DNA of 64,000 bases from Candidatus Micrarchaeota archaeon (GCA_043821365.1 JBDRCX010000006.1:448001-512000); one strand, 5' to 3'. Shown: positions 9,612 through 19,692, counted from the first letter of the stretch. Program-made: numbers and translations. The notes: generated by a model not told the origin, from the sequence alone.

Positions 9612-10496
9612 TCACCTCAGTGCGTACTCCAAAACTGCCTGCCTTATTGGTATTCCGTAATGTGCCTGTTCAAAGTATTTAGCCTGTTTCATACTGTCTA
9701 TTGTCGATTCTATCTCATTTATTTTTGGCAGTGGGTGTAGTATGATCAAATCTTCTTTTGCATTTTTCAGATCATCTTTCTTAATTGCAAATTTTTCAGT
9801 CACTCTTTTTGCTTCATAAGGATCTGCAAATCTTTCTTGCTGTATCCTACACACATACAACACATCTGCTTCTGAATATTCTGGCTCGTTTTTTGTCTTA
9901 TACTTAAATTTGAATGTTTTATTTATTTCATCAAGGTAACTCTGTTCCATCTCAAGTCCAGAGGGCGCAACTAAAGTTACATTCGCTCCAAACATGGCAA
10001 GTCCATAAACAAGAGATCTCATTGTCCTTGCATACTTCAAATCACCAAGCAAAGTCACATTCAATCCAGTGATTCTTCCCTTGCCTTTTTTTATCGAAAA
10101 AAGGTCAATCAAAGTTTGTGTTGGGTGTTGGTTTGCACCATCTCCTCCATTGATAACTGGTTTATCTATAGAATCAGCTGCAAATCTTGCCGAGCCTTCT
10201 TTTGGATGCCTTACTGCAAGAACATCAGCATATCCTGCAACAGTTTTAATAGTGTCAATATAACTTTCACCTTTTTTCAAAGAGCTTGTTTCAGGAAGAA
10301 AATCAACATATCTCATGTTGTTTCGTAATGCTGCAGCTTGGAAAGATAGTTTTGTTCTTGTTGATGCTTCGAAAAAAAGGCTTGCAAGGATCTTTCCTTT
10401 CAGGTCAACTGTTTTGCCATTTAAAATTTTGTCTGCATTATCAAGTATCTCTTCTATATCTTTTTTGCTAAGGTCTCTTATAGAAATTAGGTCCAT
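9612..10496 (-). CDS. pyrB: Aspartate carbamoyltransferase catalytic subunit
   Basis: FFEASTRT, HPTQTLIDL, GDLKYART, HPLP. Confidence 0.98.
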   Translation of the reverse strand: MDLISIRDLSKKDIEEILDNADKILNGKTVDLKGKILASLFFEASTRTKLSFQAAALRNNMRYVDFLPETSSLKKGESYIDTIKTVAGYADVLAVRHPKEGSARFAADSIDKPVINGGDGANQHPTQTLIDLFSIKKGKGRITGLNVTLLGDLKYARTMRSLVYGLAMFGANVTLVAPSGLEMEQSYLDEINKTFKFKYKTKNEPEYSEADVLYVCRIQQERFADPYEAKRVTEKFAIKKDDLKNAKEDLIILHPLPKINEIESTIDSMKQAKYFEQAHYGIPIRQAVLEYALR

Positions 10497-10592
10497 GATT
10501 GCACCTCTCCTTTTCTTTTTCAGATATAAACTATAAAAGCCATTCGGTTCAATAAAGAAAATCTTATAAAGCTAGTTTGCTCTATCGTTCTC

Positions 10593-13500
10593 ATGAAACT
10601 CCATATAATTCTTTTGACAATGATGTTGTTTGGGTTAGCGTTTGCTGCGACCCAAGGACCTCCACCTGGTTCTCCAACCCCTGTCTCTTCATGCGGTACT
10701 CTCTCTCCGGCAGGTTATTACCAACTTACTACTAATTTAGATGCAGAGGCACTAGTTAGCGGTGAGACCTGTATCAATATTACTGAGCCATATACTTATC
10801 TTGATCTGGATGGTTATACTTTATCAGGTTCAATTGCACAGAGTAATAGTTCTTCCATCTATATAACCGCAAGTAATGCTACTGTTGCCAATGGTATGAT
10901 AACAAATAGTAGGAATGGTATCAGTGTAGAGCATGTAGAAAATATTACTTTGTATAATATTACTTTTTCACCTTTCAATACAAGTGGGTATGATGGTGTG
11001 GATGCAAGAAACATTACATACAGTGTTTTTGATCGTCTTAATTTCTCATTAGGTAGTCGTGGTGTGTTTCTTGGTGGAGATTCATCCAATGTTGACATTA
11101 CAAATTCAGTAGCAGACCAAGTTTATGTTGCCTTTGTAAGTGATTCTAGTGCCATTGATATACTTTTTGAAAATAACACGGTGCATAATTCTGATTATGG
11201 TTTTAGTGTTGGTTCTACCATTGTCACTTTCATTAACAATACAGTTACTAATTCTTACCTTGCCATGCAACTCTACGATGGTGATTTTTACACTCTCTAT
11301 AAAACAAATTTCACTGGAAATTATCAAGCTTTTTCAGTCTCTTCTACTGTGGCATCTAGTATTAATCACGATATCGGAGACTCAACTATAGATGGTAAAA
11401 ATATCTATTATGATCCCAACTGCCAATCTGATCTTGACTTTGATTCAGGTTCTAATGCCGGCATGATCTGGTTTGTTGATTGTGATTATGACCTCACAGT
11501 TCATGATCTATCTTTGGAATATACGCCCCAACCAATACTTCTTGTAGATTCCAATGGTTCTCTGATTAATATTAGTAATATTACAATAAATAATTCAGAA
11601 GGCAGAGCTTCTGGACATGATTCTGCATCAGTATTTATCTCCCTACCTTCATCATCTCAAACTACTGTTATTCTTGATTCATCAGTTATTGGGAATAGTG
11701 ATTATCTAAACACTGGCAACGCAATTATTGTGGATGGTTTGGGTAGTTCGATTTCTCTTTATATCACTGATAATACAATTAGGTCCTATGAGACAGGGTT
11801 ATCACTTTCTGAAGTATTCCCTTCTCTTTCTTCAATTTCTGATAATACTTTTTGGAATAACTTCTATCACATACAACTTGATTATGTTGTTGGTTTGTCC
11901 TTCAATCATAATGCCATATATAATGACGGTTCATTTCCAATGATATTGCCAGACTTTATCAATGGTAGACCCTCATCAACAAGATTCCCATCGAATCAGC
12001 TTACAATGGCAGATGAGTGGCATAGTATCGGTACTATACCTCCGATAAACTGTGCTGATTTATCAAATCTTTACAGAGGTTCAATTGGAGTTGTTGGGGA
12101 TGGCGCAAGTCTTTTTATAAATGACACAAATATTTCTGGTCTAGATACTGGTTACTTTTTTGGTGGGGCTATAGTATCAAGTACCATTTCAAATCTCGAA
12201 GTTAGTAATGTTAATGATGCCATAATTTTGATAAACGCTTTGGATGTTGATCTTTCAAATGTCATTACATCTACACGTCCAACTCAACCGATGACAGATT
12301 ACCAATGTAATCACTTCATTGATCTCATTTTTAAGAACGCATATAATGTTACACTTGATCATGTTGTTTTTGATAATTCTGAAATATCCGGAGATCTACT
12401 CTATTATACACCTGGGTATTATGATTGTACTAACGAGTATTGTCTACCCCCTATCAATTATGATGGTTTCATTACTTTTGACGATACTGCATTGCCTGCA
12501 GTAGCACCATATGGGACGTGGATGGGAGAAATAATCAACATAAGTATGTATGTATCACTTCCAAACCAAACAAGTTCTGGTGTAAAAAATACAACAACTC
12601 CAATCAACTTTACCATGCATTATATTCCATCTGGCGTTGTCGAATCAAGCATAAAAGCATATGAGCATAATAGTTCTGATTGGATCGATCTTCTTGCCTA
12701 TTCCTACCTTGATGAGGTAAATAATCAAGTTGATTTGATGATGCCAAATCTTAGTAGTGTTTTTGCTTTATTTGCAAATTCTACAGATGATGATGGGTGT
12801 ACTGGCAAATGTTGTAATGGCGGTTGTGAAGATCCAGAAATATCAATAGAAGTTGACAGTTCATGTGATGGCAATATTGTTACCATAACAATAGATGGCG
12901 AACCAGTTGAAGGTGTTGCAGTACTTGTTGATGGTGATTTTATTGGTTACACGGATTCAAACGGACAAGTCAAATTTGATGGTTGCGGAAAAGAAGTGAT
13001 TGTAAGAGGATCAGATAGATACTATGATACTAACAGTAACTATGAGTATTATGGTAATTCTCTAACCTATTATGATGTTACTGACTATCAACCTACCTAT
13101 GACAAATTCAAACTGATTGATTGTGACCAATGTGGTGAGGAAGAAACAGGGTGCAACTATGATGAAGATTGCGAAGAAAACGAATCCTGTGAACAAGGAG
13201 AATGTGTTCCTGTTGATTGTGATTGCGGTGTTATAGACAATCATGAATGTTATGATTATGAATGCTGTGCAGACAGTGAATGTGGGCCAAACGAAGTTTG
13301 TACCTCCAATACTTGCACTGAACAAGAAGACGAATGTGCAACTGATGCTGATTGTGCAGATAATGAAGTTTGTACTAATGGCAACTGCGAAGCACTTCAA
13401 GGATGTGGTCTAATTCAAAATCATCAACTATTACTATATGAATGTGGTGATGAACCAAACTGTCCAATTTGTCCTCTTGGAGTTTGTTTAGATCATATTT

Positions 13501-13892
13501 GCTATGAAGGAGATATAACGTGCGAATCAGGAAGAGTCGGAGACGAAAGTAATTGTGACACATCTTTGGATGAAGAACCATGTGCATTATGCGATTACAC
13601 AATAACTGATCCTCTTGGTAATACCTACAATGGTGTAACGGATTCCCAAGGAAATATTGCGGTTCCATTAAAGTATGAGGGAACGTACAAGGTTGCTTTG
13701 CTAAAAGCTGGGGCAGTTGTAAAAACTACTGACATAATTTCTGGTCCAAAACCTCAATTAATAGATGAACCAGAACCATCAGCAGGAAGCGATTCTAGTT
13801 TACTCTCGCTTTGGTGGGTCCCAATAGTTCTTCTGTTAGGTGGAGCTTTGGCATACTTTGCTCTACACGATAAAAAACGAAAGCGCAAGTAA
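10593..13892 (+). CDS. Large cell-surface protein: signal peptide, beta-helix-like repeats, Cys-rich CxxDxDC repeats, C-terminal TM anchor
   Basis: Hydrophobic N-terminus, Asn/Ser/Thr-rich N-x-T/S repeats, three C..D.DC units, WWVPIVLLLGGALAYFAL followed by KKRKRK. Confidence 0.85.
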   Translation: MKLHIILLTMMLFGLAFAATQGPPPGSPTPVSSCGTLSPAGYYQLTTNLDAEALVSGETCINITEPYTYLDLDGYTLSGSIAQSNSSSIYITASNATVANGMITNSRNGISVEHVENITLYNITFSPFNTSGYDGVDARNITYSVFDRLNFSLGSRGVFLGGDSSNVDITNSVADQVYVAFVSDSSAIDILFENNTVHNSDYGFSVGSTIVTFINNTVTNSYLAMQLYDGDFYTLYKTNFTGNYQAFSVSSTVASSINHDIGDSTIDGKNIYYDPNCQSDLDFDSGSNAGMIWFVDCDYDLTVHDLSLEYTPQPILLVDSNGSLINISNITINNSEGRASGHDSASVFISLPSSSQTTVILDSSVIGNSDYLNTGNAIIVDGLGSSISLYITDNTIRSYETGLSLSEVFPSLSSISDNTFWNNFYHIQLDYVVGLSFNHNAIYNDGSFPMILPDFINGRPSSTRFPSNQLTMADEWHSIGTIPPINCADLSNLYRGSIGVVGDGASLFINDTNISGLDTGYFFGGAIVSSTISNLEVSNVNDAIILINALDVDLSNVITSTRPTQPMTDYQCNHFIDLIFKNAYNVTLDHVVFDNSEISGDLLYYTPGYYDCTNEYCLPPINYDGFITFDDTALPAVAPYGTWMGEIINISMYVSLPNQTSSGVKNTTTPINFTMHYIPSGVVESSIKAYEHNSSDWIDLLAYSYLDEVNNQVDLMMPNLSSVFALFANSTDDDGCTGKCCNGGCEDPEISIEVDSSCDGNIVTITIDGEPVEGVAVLVDGDFIGYTDSNGQVKFDGCGKEVIVRGSDRYYDTNSNYEYYGNSLTYYDVTDYQPTYDKFKLIDCDQCGEEETGCNYDEDCEENESCEQGECVPVDCDCGVIDNHECYDYECCADSECGPNEVCTSNTCTEQEDECATDADCADNEVCTNGNCEALQGCGLIQNHQLLLYECGDEPNCPICPLGVCLDHICYEGDITCESGRVGDESNCDTSLDEEPCALCDYTITDPLGNTYNGVTDSQGNIAVPLKYEGTYKVALLKAGAVVKTTDIISGPKPQLIDEPEPSAGSDSSLLSLWWVPIVLLLGGALAYFALHDKKRKRK

Positions 13893-13922
13893 TTTATTCT
13901 TTTTATTTTATTATCTCTGTCT

Positions 13923-14486
13923 ATGCTTATTATTTTTGAAGGAATTGATGGTTGTGGTAAAGAAACCCAAATAAAACTGCTAAAGGAAAAATTAGGGGCA
14001 GTGGTGTTGAAATATCCCACAACTAATAACAAAAAAATCAATGATTATCTAGAGAAAAAAATCACAATAGAACCAAAAGAACTATTTATGCTATTTCTTT
14101 CAGATATAGAAGAAGATCAAGGAAATATCAAAAAAGCACTTACTGAAAACAAATATGTTATTCTTGATCGTTATATATTTTCTACAATTGCCTATGAACT
14201 TGATAGCTTTACATATCCAGAAGCAAAAAAACTCGTTGAAGAAAAAAACCTTCTGAAACCAGACATGGTTATTCTACTTGACATTGATGAAAAAACTTCA
14301 CAGGAGAGAAAAAGCAGGCAAAAACAACTAGATCGTTATGAAGAAAATGCAGTTTATCTGAAAAAAGTTCGTGAAACTTTCCTGAAACTCTTTGGGGAAA
14401 GATTTTTAACTTCGACTTGGCATAAAATTGATGCTCGTAAAGATATTCAATCCATTCATTTCGAACTAATAAAAATTTTAGAATAG
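13923..14486 (+). CDS. tmk: Thymidylate kinase
   Basis: FEGIDGCGKETQ, LDRYIFSTIAY, PDMVILLDI. Confidence 0.95.
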   Translation: MLIIFEGIDGCGKETQIKLLKEKLGAVVLKYPTTNNKKINDYLEKKITIEPKELFMLFLSDIEEDQGNIKKALTENKYVILDRYIFSTIAYELDSFTYPEAKKLVEEKNLLKPDMVILLDIDEKTSQERKSRQKQLDRYEENAVYLKKVRETFLKLFGERFLTSTWHKIDARKDIQSIHFELIKILE

Positions 14487-14564
14487 CCTCTTTTTTCAGG
14501 CATAATTCTTTCTGCGGAAATAAGGTGTCCACTAGTATTTATACAAGGTCTCAGTAGAGATTGC

Positions 14565-15200
14565 ATGCATGCCAATAAAGAGCAGCTTGCAGAAATCGTG
14601 GGCATATTCCTAGGTGATGGTAGTATCTATGCTAACAAACAGCACGGTATTGTTCAAATTGTGATCACTGGCCATTTACAACACGATTTCGAATATTTGG
14701 TCCATTATGTTAAACCAATGTTGGAAAAGAATCTATCTGCAAAATTTAAAATAAAACGGCACCGTTTGAATGCAATCCAAATCTATAACCAAACTAAAAG
14801 TACTGCTTCAAAACTTAATGAACTTGGCATCCCAACTGGAAATAAAGTCGTCAATAACATTCAAATTCCTTCTTGGATTTTTGGTTCCAAAAAATACCTA
14901 AGAGCATGCATAAGAGGCTTAATTGATACTGATGGTTCAGTATGTCCAATCACTGGCAGGAATTACCCTTATATATGGTTTAAGTGTAGAATTCCAAAAC
15001 TAAGAAAATCTTTTTCAAAGGCCTTGGAGCTGTTAAATTATAAAATTGCCAAATGGTCTATTAGGCCAGATGGGGTTGGTCAGACGTATATCGGTCAAAA
15101 ATCACTTATCCATAGATATTATAAAGAAATCGGCTCTAGAAATACCTACCATATGCATAGACTTAGTTCGCTCCGTTCGTCTAGACCGGTCAAACACTAA
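14565..15200 (+). CDS. LAGLIDADG homing-endonuclease-family protein
   Basis: Two motifs: LAEIVGIFLGDGSI and CIRGLIDTDGSV. The 3' end overlaps tRNA-Glu. Confidence 0.9.
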   Translation: MHANKEQLAEIVGIFLGDGSIYANKQHGIVQIVITGHLQHDFEYLVHYVKPMLEKNLSAKFKIKRHRLNAIQIYNQTKSTASKLNELGIPTGNKVVNNIQIPSWIFGSKKYLRACIRGLIDTDGSVCPITGRNYPYIWFKCRIPKLRKSFSKALELLNYKIAKWSIRPDGVGQTYIGQKSLIHRYYKEIGSRNTYHMHRLSSLRSSRPVKH

Positions 15201-15307
15201 CAGTTCTAAATTGTAAGTGGCCTATGGATAGTGGACTTTCATGCGCCTTTTTTAATCAAAAAGCGCGGAGAACTCCATCGACCTGGGTTCAAATCCCAGA
15301 CGGAGCA
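15170..15307 (+). tRNA. tRNA-Glu(UUC) with two introns (about 15194-15225 at position 21/22; 15242-15272 at 37/38)
   Basis: Acceptor GCTCCGT/ACGGAGC, T-arm CTGGG-TTCAAAT-CCCAG, anticodon stem GTGGA/TCCAT with loop CT-TTC-A. Both inserts fold into BHB-like hairpins, and the spliced length is about 75 nt. Confidence 0.9.
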
Positions 15308-15309
15308 TT

Positions 15310-15400
15310 TTGGTTTGTTTAGGGGGGTACGCCCCCCAGACTAATCCAGTATCCAAATCATGAGCCGAAGGCAATCATACCACCAAATCGCGAAGCGATC
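15310..15400. repeat. Multi-hairpin palindromic element downstream of tRNA-Glu
   Basis: gggggg-tacg-cccccc, gcc-gaa-ggc, cgc-gaa-gcg, enclosed by tggtttg...caaacca. Confidence 0.6.
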
Positions 15401-15543
15401 ACCAAACCAAAGTATTAATAAGTGAGACTGTGTTTATGTTGTAATAAACAGAAAATTCTGATTTTAGTTATTGTAATCAATTCTCCCTAAAAAAGAGTAT
15501 CGAAATAATCGAAATCGAATTTCTTTTAGGGTGAATTTAAAAA

Positions 15544-16692
15544 ATGAAATTTAGTGAAATGAATATAGATAAGAAGATAGTGGCAGCTTTGGATGAAATT
15601 GGTTATACCGACGCCACCGAAGTACAGGAAAAAACAATTCCTCTAATTATACAAGGGGAGTCTGTTGTTGTAAGAAGTCAAACAGGAACAGGTAAAACTG
15701 CTGCATTTGGTATTGGACTAATTGATGTTATATCAAAAGACCGAACAAAAAAATGTTTAATTCTTGCACCAACAAGAGAACTTGCAATTCAGATAACAAC
15801 TGAAATACGGTCAATTGCAACCAAATATCGTATGAGTGTTTTTGCTGTTTATGGTGGTGCTGGTATGGGCCATCAAATTGCTGCATTAAGACGGGGATAT
15901 GACATTGTGGTGGCAACACCAGGTAGACTGTTGGATCATGTTCAACGGGGAACCATAAGATTATCCACAATCAATTGTGTTGTTCTTGATGAAGCAGATA
16001 GAATGCTTGATATGGGCTTCAAACCAGACATAGACAGAATACTCAAACAAATAAATCCAGATAGACAGGTCATGCTTTTTTCTGCAACTCTGGAACCTGC
16101 AATTAGGAAAATTATTCAAGATTATATCAAAACTCCTGAAATAATAGAAATCGGTCCAGTTGGGAAAGTGCAAAAAATTGATGAGGAATTCATCAAATTA
16201 AGCAGAGCAGAAAAACTCGATCGACTCAAACAAATACTTACAAGCGAACCAAACTCACGTACGATTGTTTTTGTCGCTTCAAAATGGCAGGTGGAAGCAG
16301 TTTGCCACAAATTAAATCGAGATGGAGTAAATGCAAAATATTTGCATGGTGGCAAAAGCCAAACACAAAGAGAAAGAACATTACGTGAATTTCAAGAAGG
16401 AAGATTCAGAATACTCATTGCTACTGATGTTGCAGCAAGGGGGTTGCATGTTGAAGATATTTCTCATGTGATAAATTACGATCAGGCAGATAGTGACGAG
16501 ATGCATACTCATCGTATTGGCAGAACTGGTCGTATGGGTAAAAATGGTCGTGCTATTACTTTTGTTGAAACAGATCCACTTCCAAAAAGAAGAAGTGGAT
16601 CAAATCGTGGTGGCTCAAGTCATCGCAGTCCAAGACCTGTTAGAAGCGATAATAGAAGAAACAGACCAAGAGATCGAAGACATAGAAGATAA
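15544..16692 (+). CDS. DEAD-box RNA helicase
   Basis: GTGKT, PTRELA, TPGR, DEAD, SAT, HRIGRTGR, basic tail. Confidence 0.97.
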   Translation: MKFSEMNIDKKIVAALDEIGYTDATEVQEKTIPLIIQGESVVVRSQTGTGKTAAFGIGLIDVISKDRTKKCLILAPTRELAIQITTEIRSIATKYRMSVFAVYGGAGMGHQIAALRRGYDIVVATPGRLLDHVQRGTIRLSTINCVVLDEADRMLDMGFKPDIDRILKQINPDRQVMLFSATLEPAIRKIIQDYIKTPEIIEIGPVGKVQKIDEEFIKLSRAEKLDRLKQILTSEPNSRTIVFVASKWQVEAVCHKLNRDGVNAKYLHGGKSQTQRERTLREFQEGRFRILIATDVAARGLHVEDISHVINYDQADSDEMHTHRIGRTGRMGKNGRAITFVETDPLPKRRSGSNRGGSSHRSPRPVRSDNRRNRPRDRRHRR

Positions 16693-16769
16693 TTTTCGTG
16701 GAGTAAAAATAATGAAAAGTGGGCTTCAGATTGAACTGCGATTTGTTCAATGCAATTTACTTTTCTACG

Positions 16770-16925
16770 GATAATCACGAGCAAAGCGAGTGCAACAAAA
16801 AGTTTTGATCCACGTAATTGTTGCAAAGCAACAATTTGCGCCTTGAACAAGTTCAAGGCCGACTTTTTCCAAAAGTTGGGTGGGCTTCCGCTTAAAAGCT
16901 ACGCTTTCAAGATCGCCCATTTCTC
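16770..16925. repeat. Palindromic hairpin cluster between the DEAD helicase and SRP RNA
   Basis: aattgttgc-aaa-gcaacaatt, ccttgaac-aa-gttcaagg, acttt-ttcc-aaaagt. Confidence 0.65.
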
Positions 16926-16963
16926 CTAAGTCAAACTAGGTACTAACAACTAAAATAAAATGA

Positions 16964-17224
16964 GAAATGGGCTTCCCGGTTAGCCCTGGCAAATATACAA
17001 GGAGCCACTATCATCGGCTCAATCCTGGATCTTACAAGCACGGCACAATACGCTTAGGGCTGCACCTTCCGGCCTGACCCGGTTCACATATCATCCCGCC
17101 ATATAAGGCAGGACGTCAACACTTAAGATAATGGGCATGAATACTTGACAAAACGCCCCGGGCATTTGATCCGTCTAAGAGGATTTACGGTACGGGAGCC
17201 CCTAATTCCCATCTAGCCCATCTC
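16964..17224 (-). ncRNA. ffs: Signal recognition particle (7S) RNA
   Basis: Minus strand begins GGGCTAGATGGGAATTAGGGGCTCCCGTACCGTAAATC (Alu-like) and contains helix 8 TCAGGCC-GGAA-GGTGCAG. The termini pair (gagatgggct/agcccatttc). Ends are approximate. Confidence 0.9.
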
Positions 17225-17244
17225 AAATATGCTAAGAAAAGTTC

Positions 17245-17934
17245 TTAATGATGTATCAAACTAGCCAAAGCTTCCATTGCAATTCTTGTTGTTCTCACAT
17301 CCCTGTTGATTTCAACTATCATTACAAGAGTTTGTTTATCTCCGTCTGCTTTTAGTTTATCTATTGCCATCACTATACTGTCTTCAAATAAAGCATGAAC
17401 TACAATCGATCCTATGTCAAGACCTTTTTTTCCTGCATCTATAAGTTTCTGAAATGCTGTTTTCCTTACTTCTGGATCTGGATGATATTCTACAAGATCA
17501 GCAAGAGCAATACTATGTGAATCGCCATCCATTCTACCAACACTAAAACCTAACATTTCCAATGCTAATTTTTTAACGTCATTATATTTAGATGACTCAA
17601 ATGCCTCAGCAATGGCATCAAAGTCTTGGTTTGCTATTAGTATTTTCATTGCTTCAATCCTAACCTCTTTATATTTGCAACAATATGCAAGTTCAATCAA
17701 ATCTTCTTTTGATGTAATCTGTTTGAGTGCATTCATTCTTTTTTCTCTATTACTTGATTGTAATGCAGTTGCAAAATGTATTGCACTTTCTCCATAATTT
17801 AATGTTTTAGCGAATCTTCTAAAAACTTCCAATGAAAACCTCAACCTACCATCTCTAGTATGCGTTCCAAATGTTAATTTCATTGGATTGTGTACTCGTA
17901 AAACTCCCCCCATTCCAATAGGATCCCTAGACAT
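17245..17934 (-). CDS. Hypothetical alpha-helical (HEAT-like) protein
   Basis: Repeated V(R/K)xxA units (KEVRIEAM, NDVKKLAL, PEVRKTAF). Confidence 0.6.
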   Translation of the reverse strand: MSRDPIGMGGVLRVHNPMKLTFGTHTRDGRLRFSLEVFRRFAKTLNYGESAIHFATALQSSNREKRMNALKQITSKEDLIELAYCCKYKEVRIEAMKILIANQDFDAIAEAFESSKYNDVKKLALEMLGFSVGRMDGDSHSIALADLVEYHPDPEVRKTAFQKLIDAGKKGLDIGSIVVHALFEDSIVMAIDKLKADGDKQTLVMIVEINRDVRTTRIAMEALASLIHH

Positions 17935-18010
17935 AACATATCACTTTGACATAATATGTTAATAATTATAACATTCTTTTTTAAATATAACGTTCAACTT
18001 TCTACAACAA

Positions 18011-18574
18011 TTAGATTGCATATCTTACTCGTTTTTCAATATTTTTAACTCTAACTAAAACTTCTTTTGCGTTGGAATAATTCGTGTATCCTTCCAAAAA
18101 CGCATCCTTTTCCTTTATTGTTTTTAACATAGTAAAAACATCTACTGCTTTGTCTTCAACATCACCCGAAACAAACCCGAGTCCAAAATCAATCACATAA
18201 AAGGAACCTACGGTTCCTTTTGAACCTCCCTTTTTTATAAGATTTGCTGGCGTATAATCGCCATGGATGATATCTGCTTGGTGAAGCCTAGCCAAAATCA
18301 CCCCTGCTTCTACTGCTTCTTCTTTATTCATTTTTGGTCTGGCACCCTCAACAAAACTCATGGTTATTTCAAATTCATTAACTTCAAGAACAGTTGGACA
18401 ATTCACCCCAGCTAGTTTAGCTTTGTTAAGCAATTTAGCTTCGCTTCGTGTTCTTTCGATTCTAAGTTTTCTATCTAATTCTCTAACTCTGTAGTTTTTT
18501 GGAATCCTACTTTTCAATACTGCTTCTTTCTCAATGATTTTTATTCTACTAACTTTAGCTTCTGCTCCTCTCAT
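18011..18574 (-). CDS. bud32: KEOPS kinase Bud32
   Basis: RGAEA, RTRSEAKLL, HGDYTPAN, IDFGL, EDKAVD; start moved to the ATG at 18574. Confidence 0.93.
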   Translation of the reverse strand: MRGAEAKVSRIKIIEKEAVLKSRIPKNYRVRELDRKLRIERTRSEAKLLNKAKLAGVNCPTVLEVNEFEITMSFVEGARPKMNKEEAVEAGVILARLHQADIIHGDYTPANLIKKGGSKGTVGSFYVIDFGLGFVSGDVEDKAVDVFTMLKTIKEKDAFLEGYTNYSNAKEVLVRVKNIEKRVRYAI

Positions 18575-19305
18575 TTTCTCACTCTGAATAAAAACCAGGA
18601 CAAAACCATAAGCAGAAGAAGCATTATTCCCCAACCAATGACAATTCCAGGCTGAATCAATATGCTACCAAGAACCAAGAGCACAATGACAAAACCAAAC
18701 CAAATCCCTTTATTCCACCACATCACTTTGCTGCCATCCAGTGGAAATGCTGGAATCATGTTGAATAAAGCAAGCATAAGGTTTATTGCTGCACCAAACT
18801 GCCAAACACTAAGTGCACCATAAACTATTCCAAAACCATGGAAACTATCTCCCCATGGTGCAAGAAAACTATAATACTGGGTTATTGGTGCGATTCTTTG
18901 CAAAACAACAAATATTATCAAAAGAAATATGTTAACAACAGGACCTGCTAAAGATATTATTCCATTTTCTTTTTTTGTTATTCTATTTGCATAAATATAT
19001 ACTGCACCTGGAGCTGCAAATAATATCCCAAAGACAGATGTAATAAGCATAAATACCAGTCCCTGTACCCACATCTGGAACTGGGCCCTTGCCCCATAAT
19101 GTATTGCAACAAGTTTATGTCCCATTTCATGGAGTATAAATCCACTTCCCATGGTCACTAAGATAGGCAGTAAAAATAATAGAAATTCTTTTGGATATGC
19201 TATTGCACCATCCAACCCTGCAAAAACAATCGCAAGCGCTAATGTTATTGCAAGTACGCTTATTACCACTTGGATTGCTTCGTTTTTACTAATGAGACTT
19301 TGCAT
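18571..19305 (-). CDS. Site-2 (M50) intramembrane metalloprotease
   Basis: LHEMGH and FNMIPAFPLDG. Confidence 0.93.
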   Translation of the reverse strand: MQSLISKNEAIQVVISVLAITLALAIVFAGLDGAIAYPKEFLLFLLPILVTMGSGFILHEMGHKLVAIHYGARAQFQMWVQGLVFMLITSVFGILFAAPGAVYIYANRITKKENGIISLAGPVVNIFLLIIFVVLQRIAPITQYYSFLAPWGDSFHGFGIVYGALSVWQFGAAINLMLALFNMIPAFPLDGSKVMWWNKGIWFGFVIVLLVLGSILIQPGIVIGWGIMLLLLMVLSWFLFRVRK

Positions 19306-19307
19306 TT

Positions 19308-19662
19308 TTATTCCACCAATTTTTCTTCGTAAACAAGGCGTATTTTTGCAGGACCTATCAGTCCTATATAACTTTCTACAATACCAACAACCTCATTCCC
19401 ATTATCAAGTATTATTTTTACCTGTTCATTTTTTCTGGCTGCAGCTGCAGCTCTTCCAATTCTTCCCAATATGCTTGGTAGTCCTGCATTGCTAACAACG
19501 GAAACAGTATCACCTGCTTTAACTCCTCTAATCTCAGGATATACTGCAGCTATCCCTATTGATAATACTGTACCAAAAGCCACCATTTTTAAAGCACCAA
19601 TAATTGTTGCTTCTGGAGTTAGTGCAAAAATTAGCAACGTGGTGCATATGGTAACTAACATC
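19308..19662 (-). CDS. Small membrane protein with a C-terminal beta domain (NfeD-like?)
   Basis: Two hydrophobic segments then a beta-rich domain; start uncertain. Confidence 0.55.
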
Positions 19663-19692
19663 AATTTTAGGAAAATTCCAATTCTTATTTTC

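Noticed and set aside
14565-15200. LAGLIDADG as an intron-encoded gene
   Set aside because: Both tRNA introns are only about 31-32 nt; the ORF lies upstream and overlaps only exon 1 and the start of intron 1.
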